Shown here in pieces: positions 27,432-36,346 of a stretch of DNA of 64,000 bases. Position 1 is the first letter of the stretch. Each line of letters starts with the position of its first letter. Both the position numbers and the translations under genes were made by a program. Source of the DNA: Candidatus Hermodarchaeota archaeon (lineage in GTDB: Archaea; Asgardarchaeota; Thorarchaeia; Thorarchaeales; Thorarchaeaceae); the NCBI GenBank assembly GCA_048885865.1, contig JBHLLF010000005.1, positions 32,001 to 96,000 on the forward strand, read 5' to 3'. The notes below the pieces were generated by a model, which saw nothing but the letters and a program-made list of their open reading frames with translations, had not been told where the DNA came from and did no database searches.

Positions 27432-29030
27432 ATGCCTCTTTCAGATGACTATGCATTGTATAGAGAGATCATCGAATCCCTTCTTAGTTCGGAAAAGGTA
27501 CTTGACCGACGTGAGATAAATCGGATCAAGAGCAGAATCTGTGGATTGCATAAGGCATCCCGTGTCCCATCAAATGCAGATGTGTTGCAAGCGGCAATTC
27601 CTGAAGAACTAGAAATACTTCAACCCCTGATGCAGAAGCGACCTGTTCGTACAGTTTCTGGGGTCGCTGTTGTAGCTGTGATGACAGAGCCCCATAAGTG
27701 TCCTCATGGGGAGTGTGCCTATTGTCCAGGTGGACCTGATGCTGGAGTTCCACAGAGCTATACAGGTCATGAACCTGCCACAATGAGAGGATTGCAAAAC
27801 GATTTTGATTCATTTAGGCAGGTAGAGAGCAGATTAAATCAGTTAGACGCGATTGGCCACTCTGTTCAGAAGGTGGAACTAATAGTCATGGGTGGCGACT
27901 GGTGCTCAAAGGAGCCCGTCTACAGGGAGTCATTTGTCAAGGGCTGTTTCGATGCAATGAACGGAACAGTCAGCGAGAGTTTGAATGAATCACAGAAGAG
28001 GAATGAAACAGCGGAGGTTCGCAACGTAGGACTCACATTCGAAACTCGACCAGACTGGGTGAATCCCGAAAGCATCGATAGCATGCTGGAAATGGGTGCT
28101 ACCCGTGTGGAAATAGGTGTTCAAACGCTCTCGGATGAGGTTCTAGAACATGTGCAGAGAGGACATCTGCTTGAACAGACCATCGAAGCCACAAAGACGC
28201 TCAGAGATAGCGGACTGAAAGTATGCTACCATATGATGCCTGGTCTACCTGGAAATACTCCAGACTCTGACCTCGCAGACTTTGAAGCATTATTCACTGA
28301 CTCTAGGTTTCGACCAGACATGCTAAAGATCTATCCTACGCTTGTGGTGAAGAATACAAAGCTGTTCGAGTGGTGGGAACAGGGAATATACAGTCCCTAT
28401 TCTGATGATCAAGTCGTGGAACTCGTTTCTAATGCAGTCAGCAAGATGCCCGAGTATGTTCGTATCCAGAGGATGCAGAGGGACATCCCACTCCATCAGA
28501 TAGAGGCTGGTTTCAGCAAAGGAAACCTGCGAGAGCTGGTGCATGATCGAATGAGTGAGAAAGGGCTGAGAAACCCAACGATTCGATACAGAGAGATTGG
28601 CCACTTTCAGATGCGGACCGGACAAAAGGTGAGTTTTGAAGGCATTGAGCTGGTACGACGTGATTATGAGGCTGCAGATGGCCTAGAGATTTTTCTTTCC
28701 TTCGAGGAGCAAAGTCAAGATATCATCTTTGGATTCCTCAGACTTCGCATGCCCAGTGACCAGGCTCACCGTCCCGAGATCAATAGGAGTCCCTGCGTCA
28801 TTATTAGAGAGCTCAGAGTTTATGGTCCTGTTGTGGAGATAGGCGAGAGGAATCCGGATGCGTGGCAGCATTTGGGTCTAGGAGACCGCATGCTCAAAGA
28901 GGCAGAGCGAATCGCGCTCGAGGATTTCCAAGTCAACAGATTGATTGTGAACAGCGGAATTGGAGTCAAAGAATACTATCGCGCTCTTGGATTCAACGAT
29001 ACAGGACCCTACCTTGAGAAGAGAATTTAG
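27432..29030 (+). CDS. elp3: Elp3 tRNA U34 carboxymethylation enzyme (radical SAM + KAT)
   Basis: CPHGECAYCPGG, QSYTGHEP, ETRPD, KIYPT, WQHLGLG. Confidence 0.96.
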   Translation: MPLSDDYALYREIIESLLSSEKVLDRREINRIKSRICGLHKASRVPSNADVLQAAIPEELEILQPLMQKRPVRTVSGVAVVAVMTEPHKCPHGECAYCPGGPDAGVPQSYTGHEPATMRGLQNDFDSFRQVESRLNQLDAIGHSVQKVELIVMGGDWCSKEPVYRESFVKGCFDAMNGTVSESLNESQKRNETAEVRNVGLTFETRPDWVNPESIDSMLEMGATRVEIGVQTLSDEVLEHVQRGHLLEQTIEATKTLRDSGLKVCYHMMPGLPGNTPDSDLADFEALFTDSRFRPDMLKIYPTLVVKNTKLFEWWEQGIYSPYSDDQVVELVSNAVSKMPEYVRIQRMQRDIPLHQIEAGFSKGNLRELVHDRMSEKGLRNPTIRYREIGHFQMRTGQKVSFEGIELVRRDYEAADGLEIFLSFEEQSQDIIFGFLRLRMPSDQAHRPEINRSPCVIIRELRVYGPVVEIGERNPDAWQHLGLGDRMLKEAERIALEDFQVNRLIVNSGIGVKEYYRALGFNDTGPYLEKRI

Positions 29031-29815
29031 AACACGTGTTCCAAGAACTCACCTAGCACTCGATTGAACTCGGCGGGATTCTCTAGATTGGAGGCATGTC
29101 CAGCATCCGAAATGATAACCCTCTTTGAGCCCTCAATCAGCTCTATCATCTTGTCTGCATGCGGGAAGACCGACTTGCGCTCATTTTCACCCACTACCAC
29201 CAGCGTTGGCACTTTGATGCTGGCAAGGTCAAGCAGCTTGAAGCCATAGATGGCATCCATCAGCTTAAGGAACTCGGTCTGATTCATCCGGAGTTGTTCC
29301 TGAATCAGATACTCTCTCACATCCTCCTTCATGTCGAAGTACTTGAATGACCATCTCGCATAATCTTCAGGAGTCTTTCTTCGAATATACCATTTAATCA
29401 GACTAGCTGGGAACATCAATTTCTGAAGCTTATCTGAGAGAGTCAGGGCGGAGGCTACAGCGGTGTCCGCCAGCACAAGTCCAGCAAGCTTGGATTGATG
29501 CCTCACGGCATACTGCTGGGCTATCATCCCTCCAAGAGAGAGTCCACAGACCACGGGTCGTTCTAGCTCGAGTGCGGTTATCAGACCACTCAGATCATCT
29601 GCGAAGAGTTCACAGCTATATTTTCTGTCAGACCCACCTGACTTTCCGTGTCCCCTTATGTCGTATGTCACGACTTTGAAGCGGTCGGAGAGGTGCTTAA
29701 CCTGAGGGTGCCAGTTATCATGAGAACCAGCTGCGCCGTGGACAAACAAGATTGGTTCCCCTTCGCCAGTTATTTCATAGAAGGTTTCAATGTCATCTGT
29801 CGGGACTGAGGGCAT
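29027..29815 (-). CDS. Alpha/beta hydrolase
   Basis: HG oxyanion motif, DIRGHG, GLSLGG nucleophile elbow, AGH; start trimmed to MPSV. Confidence 0.9.
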   Translation of the reverse strand: MPSVPTDDIETFYEITGEGEPILFVHGAAGSHDNWHPQVKHLSDRFKVVTYDIRGHGKSGGSDRKYSCELFADDLSGLITALELERPVVCGLSLGGMIAQQYAVRHQSKLAGLVLADTAVASALTLSDKLQKLMFPASLIKWYIRRKTPEDYARWSFKYFDMKEDVREYLIQEQLRMNQTEFLKLMDAIYGFKLLDLASIKVPTLVVVGENERKSVFPHADKMIELIEGSKRVIISDAGHASNLENPAEFNRVLGEFLEHVF

Positions 29816-29905
29816 GAACTGCTTGAGGATACCCTGTGAGATAAATCCTCTTTCATACAACACTTGAAAGAAGAGTTAAAACTCAGGAGCCCTTCTGAGG
29901 AAATC

Positions 29906-31177
29906 ATGAAAGAAGCTTGGCTGGTCGATTATGCGCGTACTCCTTTCTCACGATCACGTCCCAATAAGCCAGAAACTGACGTGTTCGGTGAGATCCGGGG
30001 AGATGAGCTCCTATCACGGTTACTGATGAGGTTCTTTGATGGGTCTCTAGCAAGTAAAGGAATTGAGAAGAAGGACATCGATGAGATTACCGTCGGCGTG
30101 GCCTCCGGAGTCCTTGAGAACTGGACCTATGGGGGCAAGATTCCTGCCTTCCTGTCAGGATTTCCACATGATGTTCCCTCTATCTTTGTTGACCGTCAGT
30201 GTGGGTCTGCAGGCTCTGGAATGCATATTGGTATCATGGAGATTATGACAGGATACAGCAAAACAGTGCTATCGACGGGGTTTGAGCATATGACCCGAGT
30301 GAGGGGAACGGGCGTCGAACCCAACCTATCTTTTGGCGACGAGTCGTCAGAGTTCTACCGACCCGGCCTGGATGTCGCGACTGTATTCAACATGTTGCAG
30401 ACGGCCCAAAAGCTATACGAAGAAGAGGTTCCCACCTTTACCAAGGAGGACATGGACAAATTCGGCGTCAGAAGTCATAATTTAACCGTGAAGAACCAGG
30501 AGAGCGGATGGTTCAAGGGGGAGATTATCCCTATGGAGGGACATGCGCCCGGCAATGTAGATGAACCCCTTCTAGTTGACAGGGATTTGAGTGCACGACC
30601 TTCAACGCTTGAGAAGGTCTCTACCCTGCCGAGAGTATCAACCCCCTTCTTCCTTGAGAAAAATGGTGGAAAAGAGGGCTATATCAAAAGAGAAGGTACT
30701 GATGAGGGAGTGATTACACCGGGCAATGCCTCGCCTCTCAATGCAGGTGCCACAGCCGCAGTCTTAATGGAGGCAAAGGAGGCCGAAAAGCGAGGTCTGG
30801 AACCCATGGCAAGAATAGTTTCCATGGGGTGGGCTGGAGTTGATCCAACTGTAATGGGTCGTGGTCCTGTTCCTGCAACCAAAAAGGCTCTCAAGCATGC
30901 AGGATTAAGCGTCGAAGATATAGACTACTGGGAAATAAATGAGGCCTTCTGCATTGTTGCCCTCAATTGCATGGACAAACTGAACATTCCAGAGGAGAAA
31001 GTGAATGTGATGGGTGGTTCTACTGCGATTGGACATCCTCTGGGTTCAACCATGATTAGGCTGACTGGTACTCTGGCGAGAATTCTCAAAGATAAGAAAG
31101 CGAAATACGGAGTTGCCAATGCCTGTGTGGGCGGCGGACAGGGTGTCGCCACAGTCATTGAGAATCCAGACGCCTAG
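29906..31177 (+). CDS. Acetyl-CoA C-acyltransferase (thiolase)
   Basis: RQCGS, NEAF, GHPLG, CVGGG; start trimmed to MKEAW. Confidence 0.94.
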   Translation: MKEAWLVDYARTPFSRSRPNKPETDVFGEIRGDELLSRLLMRFFDGSLASKGIEKKDIDEITVGVASGVLENWTYGGKIPAFLSGFPHDVPSIFVDRQCGSAGSGMHIGIMEIMTGYSKTVLSTGFEHMTRVRGTGVEPNLSFGDESSEFYRPGLDVATVFNMLQTAQKLYEEEVPTFTKEDMDKFGVRSHNLTVKNQESGWFKGEIIPMEGHAPGNVDEPLLVDRDLSARPSTLEKVSTLPRVSTPFFLEKNGGKEGYIKREGTDEGVITPGNASPLNAGATAAVLMEAKEAEKRGLEPMARIVSMGWAGVDPTVMGRGPVPATKKALKHAGLSVEDIDYWEINEAFCIVALNCMDKLNIPEEKVNVMGGSTAIGHPLGSTMIRLTGTLARILKDKKAKYGVANACVGGGQGVATVIENPDA

Positions 31178-31205
31178 TGTGAGCACAGCATTAAGTACGG
31201 GTTGG

Positions 31206-31823
31206 ATGATAGTCATGAATCTATTTCAAATTCTAGCAATCTGCGGAATGCTGAGTCCAATAATCTATACTCTGATGTGGATTATCGGAGGAATCATCCA
31301 ACCGGATTACAGTCATGTTCGAGATGATGTAAGTTCACTCATGGCCGTTGATGCACCTAACAAGAAGCTGTTTGACAAGTTCATCATTACGTCTAGCACT
31401 CTCCTTTTCTTCTTCTACCTTGGTCTTCATTGGGGAGTGAATAATGGAGTAGGCTCAATTATCGGGCCTATTCTATTCATAATCAGTGGCCTCTTTGGAG
31501 TGCTTGTTGCCCTTTTCTTCCCTCTTGATGCTGGCGGTGAGATTGTTACTACCCGTGGAAAGATGCACCTCATCCTGATTGTAATATCTGGGATTTTGAC
31601 AACAGCAGGGATGGTGGCAATGTGGTTTCGTTTGGAATCAGTAGTCGAGTGGAACACATTTGCTACATTTTCATTGATTACAGCAATAGTTTCCCTGATT
31701 CTTGTCATTATCTCGTCATTTACAGCCACAAGCAGATACTTCGGTCTGATTGAGAGGCTTATGGTCAGTTGCTATCAGATCTACTACTTTGCCTTGGCCT
31801 TGATGGTATTTCTGACCAATTAG
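31206..31823 (+). CDS. DUF998-like membrane protein
   Basis: PDYSHVRDDVSSL, MH, GLIERL; about six TM segments. Confidence 0.75.
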   Translation: MIVMNLFQILAICGMLSPIIYTLMWIIGGIIQPDYSHVRDDVSSLMAVDAPNKKLFDKFIITSSTLLFFFYLGLHWGVNNGVGSIIGPILFIISGLFGVLVALFFPLDAGGEIVTTRGKMHLILIVISGILTTAGMVAMWFRLESVVEWNTFATFSLITAIVSLILVIISSFTATSRYFGLIERLMVSCYQIYYFALALMVFLTN

Positions 31824-31888
31824 TAGCAAGGATTGCTGCTGCCTTACTCGGACTATGCGAGATTCCAATGCCACAGGAAATGTGTTAT

Positions 31889-32260
31889 CTACCGAGAGTA
31901 GTCTTGTATAGCACTTGGTCTGTCGTGGGCCCTCAGACGAACCATCTCGGTTTCTAACTCAGCATCTTCCCAATTGCCTGCCTGAGTAATCATATTGCTC
32001 CGCACCCAAAGAACAAGCTCGGCTTCATCCTGAATTCTTCCAACCAAAGCAATCTCAGCAGGAAGCACCAAAATCACTAATCCGGGTAGCACTGTAAGAG
32101 GCAGAAGTAGCAAGAATGCTAGAGCTACGCAAACTGCGCAACGCATCGACCTCAAAATGATGAAGCGTTTCAGGAGCGGCTTTGGTACCACAGCATATCT
32201 CATGTGCTCAGGTACAGCTTTCGTTCGCTGAAACTTATCCATTGTAAAACCACCACGCAA
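31889..32260 (-). CDS. Hypothetical membrane protein
   Basis: Hydrophobic hairpin; no motif. Confidence 0.5.
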   Translation of the reverse strand: MRGGFTMDKFQRTKAVPEHMRYAVVPKPLLKRFIILRSMRCAVCVALAFLLLLPLTVLPGLVILVLPAEIALVGRIQDEAELVLWVRSNMITQAGNWEDAELETEMVRLRAHDRPSAIQDYSR

Positions 32261-32380
32261 TAATCACCATGGATGAATTGATTATATAGCTCTACGTTCA
32301 ACGCAATGGTTTGCCTATTCAGCACCAATCCGTTTCTATTCCGACAGACTTACATTTGAATGCCAGTTGCCTTCTAGGAA

Positions 32381-32779
32381 GTGAAGCCTTTGACTTCTCT
32401 TGAAAAACTCAATGAAACACTGGGAAGAATTCTGTTAATCTGGAGTATCGCAAGTGTCGTAGCTGGCATTGCACTGTTTTTTCTCTCTTTCAACCCACTA
32501 ATCCAAGGAATAGGCCTCCAGGCTATGCTCTGGGGTTTTATTAACCTCGCACTCGCGCTCACACTTTTAAAACGAAAAGAGCACACTCTAGAGAAAACCA
32601 GACGAGAACTATCCGCAAGCCTTGCTCTCGATTTCATCTACCCAATCATCGGTCTACCACTTATTCTCTTGGGGCAAGATGCATATCTCGTAGGGAATGG
32701 ATATGGAATCATCATCCAAGGAGCGTTTCTCCTTGTGCTAGACCTCTCCTTTTTCAGGAGATTCAGACAACTCTCCTGA
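32381..32779 (+). CDS. Hypothetical four-TM membrane protein
   Basis: LLIWS, QAMLWGFINL, GYGIIIQGAFLLVLD. Confidence 0.7.
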   Translation: MKPLTSLEKLNETLGRILLIWSIASVVAGIALFFLSFNPLIQGIGLQAMLWGFINLALALTLLKRKEHTLEKTRRELSASLALDFIYPIIGLPLILLGQDAYLVGNGYGIIIQGAFLLVLDLSFFRRFRQLS

Positions 32780-32961
32780 CCCCTGATGATTCATTCTTTT
32801 AACCTGTCCGTGAATCATGACACATCTAAGTATAGCGAGCTAATCCACTTTCAGTAGAACATACAAAGCTATTATCGGAAAAGTGGCGCCGAGGGTGAGA
32901 GAGGAATCTAAGAAGGGGCAGTTGCTGGCCGCTCAATAGATTCTACCAAGTGCCCTAGTCC

Positions 32962-33951
32962 TTATCGAGGCTTGAATTTCCCTCCCCACTCAACCATGTC
33001 TCTGACTGTGGTTTCTAGGTTCCACCTCGGTTTATACCCCAACTCTTGGCGCGCCTTTGAGTCATCAACTACATAGTCACTGCCCAAGTACTTCACGCGA
33101 AAAGCTGTCAGGAATGGGCTGTCCTTACGGTGAAAGGCTCGAAACAGACCTGAGGTCATCTTTCCGATAGCAAGTGCAGCTTTGTAGGGAACACTCCGGA
33201 AGTCCTTTGGTACTCTAAGCTCGTCAGCAAGAGCCTCTATGAAGACCCGCATCTCAACAATGAAGGATGTGACATTGTATGCATTTTCATGGGCTTTTCC
33301 AAAGTTTTCTGCAGCCAAGATTAGACACCGTGCTACATCTTCACCATGCACAATGCTTTGACGATTCTTCCCACCATCGAAGTGCACATATGTTCCAGAT
33401 CTCACTGCTTCAATAAGTGTCGGACCTAGGTACATATCGCCATGGCCCACTACCGTTGGTGGTCTAACCGCCGTAGCGCTGATTCCGTAGTCCTGTGAAT
33501 ACTTCCATACCAATTCCTCTGCTGCAAGCTTTGACTGCTGGTACGACTCGTATGGCTTCTTCGGAGAGTCCTCTGTCATCGGCTTTCCAGGAAACCCATA
33601 GAGGGCGGTCGATGAGGTATAGATGAACTGTGGGACGTCTTTTCTTCGGGCGACTTCTAGAGCGTTACGTGTTCCATCCACATTGACCGGCCAGTTTCTT
33701 GCTTTCCCTCCCCATTCCGACATTCGGGCTGCATTATGGAAGAACCATTCTGTGTCATTCGTTGTTCCACTCAGCATGCTGTCAATATCCGTGATATCTC
33801 CCACGACTTTAGAAACCGGTAGATTCTCAATCAATTCCATGTTCGATGTCTTGCGTACTAGCATATTGACGTGGTGGCCCTTTTCAGTCAGTAGGCGGAC
33901 AATGTGACTCCCAATGAATCCGGTGCCTCCTGTCACAAAACACTCGACCAT
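32962..33951 (-). CDS. NAD-dependent epimerase/dehydratase (extended SDR, 3-beta-HSD-like)
   Basis: TGGTGFIG, YTSS, YQQSK, VRP. Confidence 0.9.
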   Translation of the reverse strand: MVECFVTGGTGFIGSHIVRLLTEKGHHVNMLVRKTSNMELIENLPVSKVVGDITDIDSMLSGTTNDTEWFFHNAARMSEWGGKARNWPVNVDGTRNALEVARRKDVPQFIYTSSTALYGFPGKPMTEDSPKKPYESYQQSKLAAEELVWKYSQDYGISATAVRPPTVVGHGDMYLGPTLIEAVRSGTYVHFDGGKNRQSIVHGEDVARCLILAAENFGKAHENAYNVTSFIVEMRVFIEALADELRVPKDFRSVPYKAALAIGKMTSGLFRAFHRKDSPFLTAFRVKYLGSDYVVDDSKARQELGYKPRWNLETTVRDMVEWGGKFKPR

Positions 33952-34125
33952 CCAAACACCAATTATCTTCTACATCTCTGTAAAATCAAGCTTTCGAGAG
34001 AATGAAGTCATCGATGATGTAAAGTCTAGATGGCTTTCTATCTTACGCAGGATAGAACGATTATATGTCCGAAATTACTGGACTTGCATTAAAGGTCGGA
34101 GAGTTTGAGCAATCTTGGAGTTTCA

Positions 34126-34713
34126 CTATGACTTTACAGAATCAGGGCTACTCTGCTCGGGTGGAACTGGAGAATGATATCCAAGCCTTTTGAGAGTCTT
34201 ATATAGAAACTCGCTGGAGTCGAGCGATTCTGATGATCTCCAACGCTTTGCAAGATCTGCCTGAATAGGTTCAATCTTCTCCCACCATATCATTGCTATT
34301 GCTGCCATTGCTTCAGGTAATAGCTCTGCATCAGTGATATTCTCTTCGAGAAGTTTTCCCATCGAGTCAAAAAAGGAGCTAACGTGGATGAATTTTGCCC
34401 AGTTTTTGGGATTTGTTGGTCCGTATTTAGCTAGAAACTCTTCATAGTCGCTCCAGTTCCACTCCCCAACCACTTCTTCAATGTCTTCAAGGAACTCTTG
34501 GTCGGCCTGTTTGTGAAAATCCAAGAATATGGAGGCTCGTCTTGACTTTGCTAAATTTCTAATAGAAAGCACACTCATGATTACTCCTATCAAGACGCTC
34601 ATTGCCGCTATTACTATCGAAACAGTCTGTAAATCTAGCTCCTGCATGAATACCGCCCCGAATCTCTTGCTTAATTTCAAAGGAAGATTATCCCATATAA
34701 AAGACCTATCCAA
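34126..34713 (-). CDS. Hypothetical protein with N-terminal TM (DUF4760-like)
   Basis: TM then FFDSMGKLL...WWEKIEP...EFLY pattern; likely start at MQELD. Confidence 0.65.
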   Translation of the reverse strand: MDRSFIWDNLPLKLSKRFGAVFMQELDLQTVSIVIAAMSVLIGVIMSVLSIRNLAKSRRASIFLDFHKQADQEFLEDIEEVVGEWNWSDYEEFLAKYGPTNPKNWAKFIHVSSFFDSMGKLLEENITDAELLPEAMAAIAMIWWEKIEPIQADLAKRWRSSESLDSSEFLYKTLKRLGYHSPVPPEQSSPDSVKS

Positions 34714-34752
34714 TTCTTGAGCCGCTTGCGATATTCTAGAGCAATTAGAAAA

Positions 34753-34873
34753 TGGCGCCGAGGGTGAGATTTGAACTCACGCGTGACAAAGCACACTGGT
34801 TGGCTTGGCTTCAGAGTCCACAGGACACTGGTTTTCAAGACCAGCGCCGTGATCCAGGCTTGGCTACCTCGGC
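34753..34873 (-). tRNA. tRNA-Ser(TGA) with 32-nt intron at 37/38 (34802-34833)
   Basis: GCCGAGG/CCTCGGC, CTGGT-CTTGAA|A-ACCAG, long variable arm, GTTCAAATC, G73-CCA; BHB helix CTTG/CAAG. Confidence 0.92.
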
Positions 34874-34961
34874 TCAATTGTCAATCCCTAACTGGGTGTG
34901 ACGGCTGCAAACGGTTGGAAACGCCTTTTAAGCTTCTTGTAGTGGTGAGCGCTAGAGAAGA

Positions 34962-35399
34962 ATGACAGCCGAGCGCGGATACAAGTATCATGATCACACA
35001 GCCGATATTACTGTCGAGTGCTGGGCTCCAACTCTGGAAGAGGCATTTGAGGAGGCGGCACTTGGAGCATTAGAGGTGATATTGGACACATCGACAGTTT
35101 ATCCTGTTGAATCCATAGATGTCACAGTGCATGGAATCGATCTCGAAGAGCTGCTAGTTGAGTGGATTGGCCACTTGATTGCACTTATTGACATGAACTC
35201 GCAATTCTACTCAAAATTCGAGATATTAGAAATCTCCAAGAACGCCGAGGGCTTCACTCTGAATTCTCGTGTATGGGGTGAAGACATTGACCTTCAGCGC
35301 CATGATACGCGAACCGAGGTAAAGGCTATGACATATGCAGATATGAGCATTGAACAGGGAGTGAATCGCACCACGCTCAGATTCACATTGGACCTCTAG
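34962..35399 (+). CDS. Archease
   Basis: YKYHDHTADI, EVKAMTY, C-terminal LDL. Confidence 0.95.
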   Translation: MTAERGYKYHDHTADITVECWAPTLEEAFEEAALGALEVILDTSTVYPVESIDVTVHGIDLEELLVEWIGHLIALIDMNSQFYSKFEILEISKNAEGFTLNSRVWGEDIDLQRHDTRTEVKAMTYADMSIEQGVNRTTLRFTLDL

Positions 35400-35411
35400 A
35401 GGGATGCAATA

Positions 35412-36269
35412 TTGGGTCTTCAAGTCGCGATTCCTGACACATCGCTTATAGACTGTTCTGATTTACGTCAGAAGACAGTGAAAGCTGGTGTTCTTGCCAG
35501 GGCGATGGCGGTCTTTCGTGTGGAGCGCGTGATTGTGTACGAAACCGGAAACCTGCGCTCAAAGGCAAAGAGAGACTCTGACCTATTGGTGAGGCTGCTT
35601 GAGTTCATGGACACTCCTCAGTATCTTCGCAGGCGTATTTTCCCCAAGACACCATCGTTGAAGTTCACGGGTCTTCTTCCGCCACTGAGAATTCGAAGCC
35701 ACCCACTAGACTCAGAACCCTCTGAATTGTCAGTAGGAATGATAAGGTGGGGAGTCCAAGTTCGTTTCGGCAAAATGGATATCGGTGTTGGTGAGCTTAT
35801 TGACCATTCTGAAGCACTGAGTGAAAGGACTCCCACACTCCTTCGCATCATCGAAACCAAGCCCAAAATACGTGTTGAACCCATCAATCGGTCTGAAATT
35901 GAGAGATACTGGGGGTTCGAGGTAGAGAGAATCACCAATCTTGTAGATAGACTAAGTGAATCTTCTCATATGACTCGAATCATCTTCTCGAGAAACGCAC
36001 CACCTTACAGTCGACTTGAGAACGAGATTGTATCCACCGTGTCTAACACTAAATCCATCCTTGCAGTCTTTGGCGGTCCCATGCATGGCGTCGCTGAGCT
36101 CTTATCGAATGAAAAGGATGCAGTCAAAAAGAACTCGGACTTCTGGGTGAACACCATCATGGGACAAGGTACTGAAACTGTACGTTTGGAGGAGGCAGTC
36201 CTAGCGAGTCTTGCACTGATCAACAAATCAGTCGGGAATATTGTATCTCCTCCTGGCTATCATGACTAG
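35412..36269 (+). CDS. SPOUT-family RNA methyltransferase (SPOUT1/MTH1-like)
   Basis: TPQYLR, GLLPPL, FGGP, QGTETVRLEEA. Confidence 0.92.
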   Translation: MGLQVAIPDTSLIDCSDLRQKTVKAGVLARAMAVFRVERVIVYETGNLRSKAKRDSDLLVRLLEFMDTPQYLRRRIFPKTPSLKFTGLLPPLRIRSHPLDSEPSELSVGMIRWGVQVRFGKMDIGVGELIDHSEALSERTPTLLRIIETKPKIRVEPINRSEIERYWGFEVERITNLVDRLSESSHMTRIIFSRNAPPYSRLENEIVSTVSNTKSILAVFGGPMHGVAELLSNEKDAVKKNSDFWVNTIMGQGTETVRLEEAVLASLALINKSVGNIVSPPGYHD

Positions 36270-36346
36270 CGTCCCTATCCGTGGGTTTTATAGAAACAAG
36301 ATGCTTGACACAGGCCAGTCCAATTATCTCGTAGAGGTGTTAATGC

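Larger units (their letters stand above)
32884..34769. mobile_element. Degenerate tRNA-Ser-integrated islet bounded by 17-bp direct repeats
   Basis: TGGCGCCGAGGGTGAGA at 32884-32900 and 34753-34769 (tRNA-Ser 3' end incl. CCA); no integrase inside. Confidence 0.65.
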
